Source of the DNA: an uncultured delta proteobacterium
GTDB lineage: Bacteria; Desulfobacterota; Binatia; Bin18
Reading direction: 5' to 3'
Assembly: GCA_963733195.1 (NCBI GenBank)
Contig: CAVTCR010000065.1
Coordinates: forward strand, 32,001-96,000
DNA: 64,000 bases
Shown: piece by piece, positions 10,025 to 23,019 of the stretch
Layout: each line of letters opens with the position of its first letter
Position numbering within the stretch: position 1 is the stretch's first letter
Notes under the pieces: generated by a model
The model's input: only the letters and a program-made list of their open reading frames with translations
What the model was told of the DNA's origin: nothing
Databases searched by the model: none
Translations under genes and position numbers: made by a program

Positions 10025-11330
10025 GTTCCGGTGCGCGTGCGTGACAGCGGATGAGCTTGCTCTTCGGCCGTGTTGTTGCTGGTCAACGCATCCGACATCA
10101 CCAGCGGTTTGCTCCCGCTGCGGCTCCCGTTGGGCTAAGAGCGCGTCCAGATTCTCCCCCGCATGCTGCCGCCCGGTATAATAGAAACAGATCCGCCGCT
10201 CTCCGACTTGCACGATCAACGCCGTCGTATACATCCCCGTCCGGGCCGGCTCGGCGCCCCGAGGCTGTCGCTTGCGCGCCGGCCTGCTGGTTCTCCTCGA
10301 TCAAGCGTCAAGACCCGCCCGGGCGTGTCATCTTGAAAGATCACCTCGCCTTGCGCGGCCAATCGCTCCAAGTACTTGAAGATCGGATCGCCACAATCTC
10401 CCACGAGCTCCGCTTGATCCCATTGCGTGGCATCGGGCACGGGCACACCCACCAACGCTTGAAACCCTTCGAGCCGATACCACGGCAGCCCCAGATAATA
10501 GCGCGCCAGGGCGAACACCGCCCGCGCCCGGGCACTGTACTTCTCTGCACCCGGTGCGGCGGGCACGGACGCGGTGAAGATTTGCCCACAGGCGGAGCAC
10601 CGCAACTTCTCCAGCTCATAGCGAAGGGCTGAGAGGAACGCATTGCCGTCGAGCCGCATCTCCACGCCCGGCGATAACTGATATAACCGCCCCCGCCCAC
10701 ACGCTGGACACCGCTCGCCCACCGCTAATTCCTCATGTCGACACGCGACCGTTTGCGCCCCCCGATAGACCTCCGCGCCGTGCCGCCCATGCCCTGCTGG
10801 ACGTTGCTTCCCCACGGTCGACTCCGGCGTAGCACGTCTCCTCCCCTCCCTGTGTGAGGCTTCCGTCTGCCCCCCGTGCCGCCCGTGCTCCCCCACTCGG
10901 GGTCCCGCCCGCCGGCGGGGGCTCGCGCTTCTTGGGCTTCTCACCAAACACCAGGGCCTTTAAACGCTTGAGACTCAGCTTTGCTTCCCGCAGGGCAAAC
11001 AGCAGCCAGAAGTAAAACGTGAGCACCTTCACCAGGACCCGGCGATCCTCCGCGCTCAACGCATTGCGCTCAATCCGCTCAATGAGCGCTTCGCCTTCTT
11101 CGCGACTGAGTGTGACTTCTTCCGGCCGCTTCATCGCACCATTCCTCCGATGCCATTTACCAACCCTGCAGCAGGGGCGTGGCCTTCGACCGCGGCAGTT
11201 ATAGCAGGAAGCGCGGGCGCTCGTGAAGGACGGGACTCCTGCTGTCGGTGTCAAGCGCTCAGCTTGCGTAGTCAAACTGCCGCTCATGCACGATGGAAAA
11301 TGTCAAGCAGCGCCACCGGAAAGACACCCC
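10025..11330 (-). mobile_element. IS66-family transposase remnant (frameshifted, C-terminally truncated) plus upstream end region
   Basis: ATG at 11134; coiled coil LKRLKALVFGEK; zinc ribbon CPACG...CSACG; GLPWYRLE; IFQDDT; FYYTGRQHAGENL; MSDAL. Confidence 0.85.
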
Positions 11331-11768
11331 CAACGGGCTTTCCCCAACGGACCGTCCCGAGGCCCTGGCGCCCGGAAACCCCTGACGCTCTTCCCTCACC
11401 CATCCTGCGCCGCCTGTCCAGGCCGCGCCACGCCTTGCTGCGAGGCGATGCGGCAAACAGCTGCTGCTGGCGGGCGATGTTGGCATGCCCCCAGGGTGTT
11501 TTCGGGGGCTGTGCTCCGGAAGGGGCGGCGCTCAAATAGCGTTTGAACCTCCTATCCTCACAGAAGGCCTACGATGGCGAGCGTTTTCCCAGTTTGACGC
11601 GTATCACCATGTACTCTGGACGACCGCGACGTCTGTGGGCCAGGCCGGCGCCTCTCCATCACAATGTGCTCGTGGCCTGGTGACTCGGCACACACCCCCG
11701 TCAACAGCAAAGCGCGGGCGAACCGCAGAGGGTAGCCCGCGCTTGCTGCAACGGTATTGGTAACGAAC

Positions 11769-14014
<2,246 letters not shown>

Positions 14015-14206
14015 GTCGATCCTTCTCCTTTCTGGCTGATTCGCTGCAACTAATGGCAGATAGCGAGGCCTATCTTGCCGCTGATTTGCGCCGCCCGGGG
14101 CCGCATCGAGGTCCAGCGGCACGGCACTCGCGCATATGCTATACTAGACGCTAACGTTCTATGAACATGAACTGACGCATACAACCGACAGTAAAGAAAG
14201 TCAATT

Positions 14207-14725
14207 CTAGCGGCTCTGGTGCCGAGGTCGGGTGCACTCCTGGTGCTGCGGCCGTCCTGGCTCCGTTGCCGCCCGCCCCCCACCGGCCGCAGTCCCGCCT
14301 GACGTCGGCGGCTCGCGTTTCTTGGGCTTCTCGCCAAACACCAACGTCCTCAGTCGTTTCAGACTTAGCTTCGCCTCGCGTAACGCAAAGAGCAACCAGA
14401 AATAAAACGTCAGCACCTTCACGAGCACCCGCCGATCCTCGGCGGTCAAGGCATCCTTTTCGAGACGCTCGATCAACGCTTCGCCGTCCTCGCGGCTGAG
14501 GGTCACTTCTTCAGGACGTTTCATCGCACCCTCTCCTCCTCCGATTCCGTTCGCCATATCCCAGCAAACGGCTTCCGGCCTGAGACTGCGAAGCTTATAG
14601 CAGGAGGGACGCACACTAGTGAAGGAGGGGGCAAGTGCCCTCAGCCTCAAGTATTCGGCATAAGCCGTCGAGTTGGGACTGCGCCTCAATCGGGAATGTC
14701 AAGCAGGCGTCACCGGAAGGACACT
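14207..14725 (-). mobile_element. Second, shorter IS66 remnant (first ~100 codons from ATG 14524 plus upstream end)
   Basis: MKRPEEVTLSREDGEALIERLEKDALTAEDRRVLVKVLTFYFWLLFALREAKLSLKRL is near-identical to the 11134 copy; shared upstream motif aatgtcaagcag..caccggaa.gacac. Confidence 0.85.
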
Positions 14726-15224
14726 ATTCTCCAAGCATGGTATACCGATCTGAACTGCCCGTTCCTCTCTCAGGGTACTCGTCAAGAGTTAGCAATGACG
14801 GCTCGGCCAGAGACAGACAAACCCGGGATGCGACACAAAAGGTTTGGGAATTACGTTGAACTTGACACCTGCCTCCCAACCGGCGGCTTTGTGGGGGCAA
14901 TACGCTATTGCTGAGGCAGGGAACAGGGCCACAAACCCCGCAAGAGGAGTGGCATACCAGAGAGCTTGTGGGTTCTACAAGGCGGCCCGAAAACGCGGAG
15001 TAAGGCATACAAAAAAGCGTTAGGTCTTGTCAGACATGTCCCCAACTTGCGTCCACGAAGGGGGGTGTCCAGACGCATTCAGCGAGTAGAAGGGCGGCAC
15101 GGAGAAGCAGCGGAGGGCAGAAGAGAGGAGGGAGTGATTAGAGGAATACGCTATCCGCTAGGACGTGTCTAAATCTCATGGGTCTGAGTCAGCCGCTGGA
15201 CAAACTCTTCATGTTCACGGCTTG

Positions 15225-15880
15225 CTATACCTTCCCCGAGGTTTTCAGAACTCCGGCTAAGTCTCCCTGTAACATCGCCGCAGCATCGAGCCAGAGACCA
15301 GGAAATGTCTCGCTTTTGTATATCTCTGTCTCATTCGGAGGTAAGCGATCGTAGCGACCATCACGCAAGACAAACCAATCAATCGCGTTGTCCACTGTCC
15401 GCCAGACGATATACTCACGGACACCGTGGCGACGATAGACATCTAACTTTTGGTGTAAATCATAGGCAACACTACTGGAAGCAACCTCTGCCACCAACTC
15501 AGGGGGGCCTTCGATAAAGCCATCAGCAGCACATGAGACTGGCCGCCGTTAGTGATACGAAGGAGAACGTCTGGTTGCGGGTTCGTTGTCCAAGTCCAAC
15601 CGGACTGTGGTGTTATCGCTAACCGCGACTCCAGGGGTCGATGCCGAGTAGACGACCAACCAGCATTCAACGCGAAATGTTCGCGGCCATGTCCTTCATA
15701 ACGAACAGGGGAAGGCATGTAGACTACTCCTGCGATGAGCTCTGCTTTCTTGAGATGCCGCATGGCTTCATAGCGACGCTCAAACTCCGGGCGTGTCAGT
15801 TGGTCGCCATTTTCAAGCAGAGGAACTTCCCGAACAACTGCTGAGGCTTGAGTTGATGTGGATTGAGATGAAATAGACAT
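15225..15880 (-). CDS. Uma2-family (PD-(D/E)XK) endonuclease, frameshifted
   Basis: [73 protein letters not shown]. Confidence 0.88.
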
Positions 15881-16080
15881 GAGAAAAACTTCTCTCCTCT
15901 ATGAGATATTCTCTTTATTCAATGTTCCCCTCTCAACCTTGGTGAGAGCCTTATAGATTTCTGTTTTCAAGCGCTCGTCAGCTTTGGATGAGCTGCTCAA
16001 TACGAACCAATTAGAGTACGAACGCAGGATTGAACGGCAACTATGGTCTGTTCGATTTCTTTCGGGCTGTTACTGACATC

Positions 16081-16413
16081 ATGATTCGACAGGAGGTGTT
16101 GAGCGCTGAAATCGGTCAGATGATTTACGATGCACGTACGAAAGCTGGCCTTACACAGCAGCAACTTGCCAATCGCCTCGGAACGACCCAATCGGTCATA
16201 TCGCGTCTAGAGAGCGCTAATTATGAGGGTCATTCACTGAGCATGTTACAGCGCATTGCAGAAGTCTTGGGGCAAAAACTGGAATTGAGACTTTCAGCGG
16301 CAGCGGAGGAGGCATCCCCGCTTATTCGGATAGCGAGTCGCGTCGATTGCGATTGCGAGAAAGACCAAGGAGACAACGACCAACAGAACGGCGACAAGCG
16401 TTTCCATGACTAA
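16081..16413 (+). CDS. XRE-family HTH protein (antitoxin-like), copy 1
   Basis: IYDARTKAGLTQQQLANRLGTTQSVISRLESANYEGHSLSMLQRIAEVLG. Confidence 0.75.
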   Translation: MIRQEVLSAEIGQMIYDARTKAGLTQQQLANRLGTTQSVISRLESANYEGHSLSMLQRIAEVLGQKLELRLSAAAEEASPLIRIASRVDCDCEKDQGDNDQQNGDKRFHD

Positions 16414-16444
16414 AGCTTCTGTGATCTTTGGATTGGTCTCTCAA

Positions 16445-16783
16445 ATGGCGACCAAGAAAAAAATGAAATCAGCTGCATTGCAGTTTGTGTACGACCAATA
16501 CATCAAGGGCGATCCGGAACGGGAAGTGTCTTTCGAGAATGAAGTGCTGAACGCCAAGATTGCTCGGGAAATCTATGACCTGCGTACAAAAGCTGGATTG
16601 TCACAACGTCAGCTTGCTAAAGTCGTCGAGACCACGGCTTCCGTGATCTGCCGCCTTGAAGACGCAGACTACGAGGGACATTCTCTTTCAATGCTCCAGC
16701 GGATTGCCGCAGCGCTGGATAGTCGAGTAGAAATTCGTATTGTTCCTCTACGAAAGAAGCCACGGATTAAGAAGGCTGCGTAG
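16445..16783 (+). CDS. XRE-family HTH protein (HigA-like), copy 2
   Basis: IYDLRTKAGLSQRQLAKVVETTASVICRLEDADYEGHSLSMLQRIAAAL. Confidence 0.85.
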   Translation: MATKKKMKSAALQFVYDQYIKGDPEREVSFENEVLNAKIAREIYDLRTKAGLSQRQLAKVVETTASVICRLEDADYEGHSLSMLQRIAAALDSRVEIRIVPLRKKPRIKKAA

Positions 16784-16952
16784 ACTGGCTTCAAGACTAC
16801 GGTTGAAGGCTGAGGAAAATGATGCTCATCACACGTGATCTGGCGCTGAGTGCGCTTGAACACGTCTTCCCCTTTAAAGCATTCTGATCGGGTCTTGCTT
16901 AGACCGTGTGCCAAGCTTCTCCTTCGCTTGCCTTCCCGGTGCTGTTCTATTA

Positions 16953-17763
16953 CTATTTCCCCTGAAACTTGGCTGGTCGTTTCTCCAGGAATGCGGCTAC
17001 CGCTTCTTTATGGTCTTGGGTCTGAAAGAGATAGTCAAGTCCGAAAGTCTCAGTTTGTACTGCGGCATCAAAGTCACTCTCTGCACCTTGGAGCAGTGCA
17101 CGTTTCGAGACGGCAAGTGCCAACGGTGGCAATGACGCGATCTGTGTGGCCATTTCGCGTACCGCAGTCATGAGCCCTTCACCTGGGACGACTTGGTTGA
17201 CGAGCCCGATATCGAGCGCTTCTTTCGCCTTCAACACTTTGGCGGTGTAGGTAAGCTCCAACGCTTTGGCTAGGCCAATGAGCCTCGGCAACATGAAGGT
17301 TGAGCCCTAACTCTGGCATCAGGCCCATACGCGCGAAAATCGCGCCGATCGACGCCTCTTCTGCCATAATACGAATGTCTTGCAGTAAGGTCAGTGTCAG
17401 ACCGATGCCTACTGCCGGACCGTTGATAGCCGCAATTGTCGGCTTGGCGCAATTGTAGAGCGCGTAATGCAAGCCTGAACGTGGATGCACAACTTGTGAG
17501 GTCATGCGAGAAGAAGAGGAGGACTTTCCCTCATCTTTGATCTGCTTCTGGAACACGCCGCCGACATCTGCTCCCGAGCAAAAGCCGCGACCCGCGCCAG
17601 TCATGATGATAACGCGAACGTCGTTATCTTTGCTTAAGGTCGTGTAGGCATGAGTCAACTCATCGCCCATTAATGTAGTGTACGCATTCAATTTCTGCGG
17701 ACGATTGAGTGTTACTGTAGCGATGTAATCTTTGATCTCGACGAGGATTTCTTGGTATTCCAT
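16953..17763 (-). CDS. Enoyl-CoA hydratase/isomerase (crotonase) family, frameshift near 17295
   Basis: TLNRPQKLNA, GRGFCSGADV, KPTIAAINGPAVGIG, LPRLIG, AFLEKRPAKF. Confidence 0.92.
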
Positions 17764-17847
17764 GCGGCCTCCATATCCAGGCTGGTGGCCGAAAGATAAC
17801 GAATCTTGTGCAGATGGGAAAGCCGGTGCATTACAGCAGCCTGACTC

Positions 17848-19405
17848 TTGGTATTTGTAACCGATGTGGTAGACCTGTCGGCGATGTTAACGCAGAGCGA
17901 GACGAATGTAGGACGGTTGACGACTTTGATCGAGGCGACACAGCGTCTTGTGGCGATGGCTGAGCCGGAAGACTTGCTACAAACGATTCTGGAATCGACG
18001 CTCCGTTTATTCGCTGCACAAGCATGCAGCATTGCGTTGGTCGATGAGAGCGCTCAACAGCTGTCCTTTGCCTTTACACTAGGTGGAGCAAAGCTCGAAG
18101 AGATCCATCTGCCTATTGGGCAAGGTATTATCGGGTGGGTCGCAGCAAACGGCGAAGGAGTGATCTGCAACGATGTCTCTGCGGAACCGCGATTCTTCGG
18201 GCAGATCGATCGTCAAACCGGATTCAGAACAAGAACGGTGCTGTGTGCGCCACTCCGCCATGAGGGTCAGCTTGTTGGGGCGATCGAAGTGTTGAATACT
18301 GCTACTGTCAGTGGGTTCCAGCCAGCGGACTTGGAACTGTTGTTGGCATTTGGCGGGTTAGCCACGCCCGCGCTGTATCGGACGAAAGCTACGGCTGCGA
18401 TTCGCAAAGCCAAAGTTGCTTTTGAAGAGGTTGTTCAAGCGCGCTACCGACTGGTTGGGGGTTCAAGTCCCGCGATGCAGGAGGCGTTGCATATCGCCCG
18501 CAGTGCCGCGGCGGCAACTTCCACTGTGCTCCTGCTCGGTGAGAGTGGTACCGGAAAGGAAGTGATCGCACGCACGATTCACCAGTGGAGTCCACGTGCA
18601 GAACAGCCCTTTGTAGCGGTGAATTGCGTTGCTCTGACCCCAGAATTGTTGGAGAGTGAACTCTTCGGCCACGAGAAAGGCGCGTTTACTGGCGCCATCG
18701 CCCAGAAGCGGGGTAAGTTTGAGTTAGCAGACGGAGGGACAATTTTCCTTGACGAAATCGGTGACCTTGCGCCTAATCTGCAAGCGAAACTCCTCCGTGT
18801 TTTGCAAGAGAAAGAGTTCCAGCGGGTTGGCGGGATTAAGGATTTTCGGGTGGACGTTCGCGTGATTGCGGCCACCAATCGAAACCTACGGCAAGCCATG
18901 CAACAGGGTGGATTCCGTGAAGACCTTTACTATCGACTCAATGTTGTGCCGATTGTTCTACCGCCGCTACGAGAGCGTACGGAAGACTTACCTGCGCTGA
19001 TCGAGTATTTCACAGCACGTTACTGCGATGAGATGAAACGCCCGCGGCTGAGGATTGATGCTGCTGCAATGACGGTACCTCCAAGGATATCACTGGCCAG
19101 GAAACGTCCGTGAGTTGCAAAATATCATCGAGCGAGCGGCGGTTTTATCGCCGGGGCCCTTACTAACCGTAGCCGACCTCCCGGCTGAGATGCGGCAACT
19201 GGGCACTCTCGGCGCAGATACCTCTGGGCCTTCCCAACCAACGGGTCAATTCATATCACTTGCAGAAGCTATCGAAGCGTTTAAACGCGAGCAGATTCAA
19301 CGGGCACTGGCAGAGAGCGGCGGCAATCAAACAAAAGCCGCGCTGCGTCTTGGTCTCCCACGCCCGAATCTCTCTCGCTTGATGAAGCAGCTCGGGTTGC
19401 GGTGA
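17848..19405 (+). CDS. GAF-domain sigma54-dependent activator with Fis HTH, frameshift near 19080
   Basis: GAF (GQGIIGWVA...RTVLCAPL); [40 protein letters not shown]; [12 protein letters not shown]. Confidence 0.92.
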
Positions 19406-19449
19406 TTAGTCACTTGTCTGTTTGTATGCAAAACGAGGCTGCCGTCATC

Positions 19450-20046
19450 CTATCGCGGAATCCCATACGCCTCGCCACGCGCTAAGAACGTCGCAACATC
19501 GTTAGCCATGAGCAGGATGTCGTGGGTCTTGCCCGACCGGTCTTTCACTTCATTGCGTAGTAGCGCTTCAGGACGAAAGCCGAGTTCCTCGAACACCGTC
19601 CGTGCTCCGGTTTGATCGGGGGTCATCCGTGCCACGATCTTCTCAATGCCCAGGGTCAGTGCGACGTTAAACGCTTCGCGGGTGAGGAGGCGGCCAAGCC
19701 CAAGATTCCGGGCCTGTGGAGCAACCAAGACCCGCAGCTCCGCTACATGCCGTGACCAATCGAAGTCATTGCGATACAGACTACCGTACCCCAGGATCTG
19801 TGCTTGATCCTCGGCAAGGACAGTATACATGGTTCCGTCGGCGACATTGCGCACCCAGGTATCGATCGTCGACTGCTTCGTGATGTCCCGTCGCAGAAAC
19901 AGGAGATCGTGGTCCGAGAGTTGTTGCGCGAACGTACGCAGACGGGGGCCGTCTGTCGTCGTCATCATCCGTACAGTAATCGTCTGCCCTTTGATTGTCA
20001 CGGTTTTGGGAAAGCCTTCCACAGTATCCTCCTGTCCGTCAGTCAT
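19450..20046 (-). CDS. GNAT-family N-acetyltransferase
   Basis: VLVAPQARNLGLGRLL acetyl-CoA motif; FEELGFRPE. Confidence 0.85.
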   Translation of the reverse strand: MTDGQEDTVEGFPKTVTIKGQTITVRMMTTTDGPRLRTFAQQLSDHDLLFLRRDITKQSTIDTWVRNVADGTMYTVLAEDQAQILGYGSLYRNDFDWSRHVAELRVLVAPQARNLGLGRLLTREAFNVALTLGIEKIVARMTPDQTGARTVFEELGFRPEALLRNEVKDRSGKTHDILLMANDVATFLARGEAYGIPR

Positions 20047-20055
20047 AATCTGTGC

Positions 20056-21138
20056 TTACACGGAGCGTTCAGCGAGCCATCTGTCAAGCTGCGGCCACAG
20101 TCGATGGACGGCATTGGCTCCAGCTACCAGGCTTACGTGTCCACCTTTGAGTATGATCTCGGTCTTGTCCTTGCTACCGATTAAGCCGATCAGATCACGT
20201 GAGGCTTCCGCCGGTACGATATGATCATGCTCAGCGGCAACGTGCAGAAACGGGACACGGATCTGACCGAGGTTGACCTTTCGCCCTGCCAGCGTGAATT
20301 CGTTCCGCACGAGCTTGTTCTCGCGTATAAACTCAGTAATAAACTGCCGAGCCGTCTCTCCTGCAAAGGGAATCTGGTCGGCGGCCCAGCGCTCAAAACG
20401 CAAATGCGCTTTCACGAAGGCGTCATCATGGACGTTATCGAGGAGCTTTAATCGCCCAGCCGTCTTCTGGAATGGGCGCAGCATGTCGAACGACACTTCG
20501 ATCAACTCCGGCGGTATATTCCCCAAGGTTGCGATTAACTGGTCAAGATCGAAGTGTGCGGGGTCGGTCCAGGTGCGATACAGGGACATGCCCTCGGCGT
20601 TAATCGGAGTGGTGAAGCAGACTAAGTTTTTGACCGGACCGTCAGCATGGAGCGCGGCATACATCGACGCTAATTGTCCGCCCATGCAGTAGCCGACCAT
20701 CGACACATCCGGCTCCCCAGAGTCTTCATTTATCACTCGCACGCAGGCGGGGATAAAGTCCAACACGTAGTCTTCGAGGCGGAGAGTTGAATGCTCAGCG
20801 CGCGGGACGCCCCAGTCAATCAGATACACATCAAAACCCTGGCGCAGCAAAAACTCGACTAAACTCTGTCCTTTGGTCAAGTCCAAAATATAGGATCGGC
20901 TCACCAGTGACATGACAAGGACAATTGGGACGCGGTAGATCTCGTCACAGAGGGGGCGATAGCGGTAGAGCTTGAGGGTCCCTTGGCTGTAGATAACATC
21001 TTTGGGTGTCGCTCCAAGCTCACCAGTCAACTCATCAAGCGAACCGAGTCCGGGAATGTGGCGTTGAAGCGCACGATCGACCGCGGCACGCGCCTGGGCT
21101 GCAATCTCTTCGGTTGAAGGACGTTGCTCTTGTTGCAT
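20056..21138 (-). CDS. phaC: Class III/IV polyhydroxyalkanoate synthase catalytic subunit
   Basis: GATPKDVIY, SYILDL, DVYLIDWG, lipase box GYCMGG, AEHDHIVP, GGHVSL; 360 aa. Confidence 0.85.
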   Translation of the reverse strand: MQQEQRPSTEEIAAQARAAVDRALQRHIPGLGSLDELTGELGATPKDVIYSQGTLKLYRYRPLCDEIYRVPIVLVMSLVSRSYILDLTKGQSLVEFLLRQGFDVYLIDWGVPRAEHSTLRLEDYVLDFIPACVRVINEDSGEPDVSMVGYCMGGQLASMYAALHADGPVKNLVCFTTPINAEGMSLYRTWTDPAHFDLDQLIATLGNIPPELIEVSFDMLRPFQKTAGRLKLLDNVHDDAFVKAHLRFERWAADQIPFAGETARQFITEFIRENKLVRNEFTLAGRKVNLGQIRVPFLHVAAEHDHIVPAEASRDLIGLIGSKDKTEIILKGGHVSLVAGANAVHRLWPQLDRWLAERSV

Positions 21139-21141
21139 CGA

Positions 21142-21537
21142 TTACTCCTGCTTAGGTGGCGTTTTTGTCCGCTTGGGACGGGGCGCGTGTAAATCCGTGC
21201 CAGTTGCTAAGTTCTGCTTGGTCAACGCCTGGCGTAGTTGGCGAATCTCAACTTGCAGCCCGGCAATCGTATCTTCGAGTTTGCCCACCCGGTCACTAAG
21301 CGCCAGGACATCTGAGCGTGAAGGGAAGTTGAGGTTGGCTAACCATTTGGCCATCGCTTCAGTGAACATGCGTTGGGCATGCACGGCTTCTTGCAAATAC
21401 TTGCCTGTACTCTTGGCGACACGGTCGTCACCCATGAGCTGCGTGATGCCTTCGTTCCACGACTTCTCTGATTTCTGATACCACTCACGCCACAGTCGGA
21501 CTGGATCGAGATTCACACTCTTGTCACTTTTGGTCAT
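21142..21537 (-). CDS. Small PHA synthase partner subunit (PhaR/short PhaE-like)
   Basis: DPVRLWREWY, LANLNFPSRSDVLALSDRVGKLED coiled coil; directly upstream of phaC. Confidence 0.7.
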   Translation of the reverse strand: MTKSDKSVNLDPVRLWREWYQKSEKSWNEGITQLMGDDRVAKSTGKYLQEAVHAQRMFTEAMAKWLANLNFPSRSDVLALSDRVGKLEDTIAGLQVEIRQLRQALTKQNLATGTDLHAPRPKRTKTPPKQE

Positions 21538-21624
21538 AGTTCATTACTTCCTTTGCCTGACTATTACGCGGCGATTTCCCTTACCGCTGGGGCAGGGCTG
21601 ACGCGACTCCCCACTCTCCATGCC

Positions 21625-22142
21625 TTATCTTTTTACCTTCTTGATCACTGGCTTGCCGTTCTGGAAGGCTGGTTCGTCAACTCCCATACTCCACTTCACT
21701 ACTGGTGTGATGCGCAGGTATTCGCCTTCTCCGAGCAACCCGTACGTTTAACAACCTCCGCTGTGCCATGAATCTTGATGGAGCGAGGCTTCCACGGCGT
21801 GAGCGATTCCCAGTCGTCGAAAACTAGAGCGACTCTGCCGTTGCCTCGCATGACGTTGCGGTACTTCATCGTCGCCGGGTTGTTACGTCCGCCAATATAG
21901 AAGTATGAGCCGTCGAACTCGAAGGATACTGGGGCAACGTCGGGTTGTTGTTTTTTGGAGACGGTCGCAATGCGGGCGAGACGTTGCGCCTTGATATAGG
22001 CAATCTCTTTTTCGGAAAACATCGCTTTGCTTTCTTGTGATGGGGTTGCTTCTGCAGCAGTTGCCCTCTGAGGCACGATTACCACGAGAGTCGCGAGTAG
22101 AAAGCAGCCTCGTATCATTGGCCAGCGACAGTTCCATTGCAT
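21625..22142 (-). CDS. PPOX-class (split-barrel) flavin/F420-dependent oxidoreductase with possible signal peptide; frameshift near 21740
   Basis: FSEKEIAYIKAQRLARIATV..PDVAPV, KYRNV..VALVFDD..PWKPRSIKIHG; C-terminus YLRITPVVKWSMGV in a shifted frame. Confidence 0.8.
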
Positions 22143-22314
22143 CCTACTCCTCCTTTGACATAAGGTCATTATCGCAACGACCTCTACAACACCGCCCGGA
22201 CAGACTACTAGCAAATCCACCTGCTATCGCTAGCTTCGCTTGAATGTACGCTTTGCGCTTGCAATGTCCTCTAATGTCCAATAAAAGAGACAAAAAGATA
22301 ATACGAGGGAGAAA

Positions 22315-23019
22315 ATGCAGCTCGTCGTCCGAGATGTCTCTAAGCTTTTCAATGTGTCGGAAAAGACCATCTATCGATGGATCTCGCAGGGAGTGCTGCC
22401 TGCCTATCGTGTGAATGACCAGTATCGATTCAATCGGGCGGAACTCCTGGAGTGGGCGACCTCGCGGCGCATGAACGTCTCGCCAGACATTTTTGCCGAG
22501 CCAGAGAGTAGTGCGACACCCCTCCCTGGCTTGGTCGATGCCCTCCAAGCCGGTGGCATCTTTTACCGGATCGGCGGTACGGAGAAGGAGTCGGTCCTGC
22601 GTGCGGTGGTCGAGACTTTACGGCTGCCTGAAGAAGTCGATCGCGAGTTCTTGCTGCGAGTGCTGTTAGCCCGTGAAGCGTTAGAATCGACTGGCATCGG
22701 TGATGGGATTGCGATCCCCCACGTGCGCAATCCTGTCGTTCTGCATATAGCCCGGCCTATGATCACCTTATGTTTTCTCGATCATGCGGTCGATTTCGGT
22801 GCACTCGATGGGAAACCGGTCAGTATCGTCTTTTCCTTGATTAGTCCGACCGTCCGCGCCCATCTTCGCCTCTTGTCTCGGTTGTCATTTGCGCTGCAGG
22901 ATCCAGGTTTCAAGGCCGTGATCCATCGCCAGGGAGCCCGTGATGAGATCTTTGCGGAAGCGCACAGGGTCGAGGCGGGACTGAAATACGACCCGACAGC
23001 AACGGAGCGGAGAGGATAG
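22315..23019 (+). CDS. Excisionase-type HTH fused to PTS IIA (Ntr/Fru-like) domain
   Basis: DVSKLFNVSEKTIYRWI..LPAYRVNDQYRF; REALESTGIGDGIAIPH; AHLRLLSRLS. Confidence 0.92.
   Translation: MQLVVRDVSKLFNVSEKTIYRWISQGVLPAYRVNDQYRFNRAELLEWATSRRMNVSPDIFAEPESSATPLPGLVDALQAGGIFYRIGGTEKESVLRAVVETLRLPEEVDREFLLRVLLAREALESTGIGDGIAIPHVRNPVVLHIARPMITLCFLDHAVDFGALDGKPVSIVFSLISPTVRAHLRLLSRLSFALQDPGFKAVIHRQGARDEIFAEAHRVEAGLKYDPTATERRG

Noticed and set aside
14730-15220. Possible ncRNA or IS end in the non-coding stretch
   Set aside because: No recognisable RNA family, terminal inverted repeat pair or credible ORF
17826-17842. Sigma54 promoter for the enoyl-CoA hydratase gene (minus strand AGGCTGCTGTAATGCA)
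   Set aside because: Only the GG-N10-GC spacing matches; the -24 context is poor
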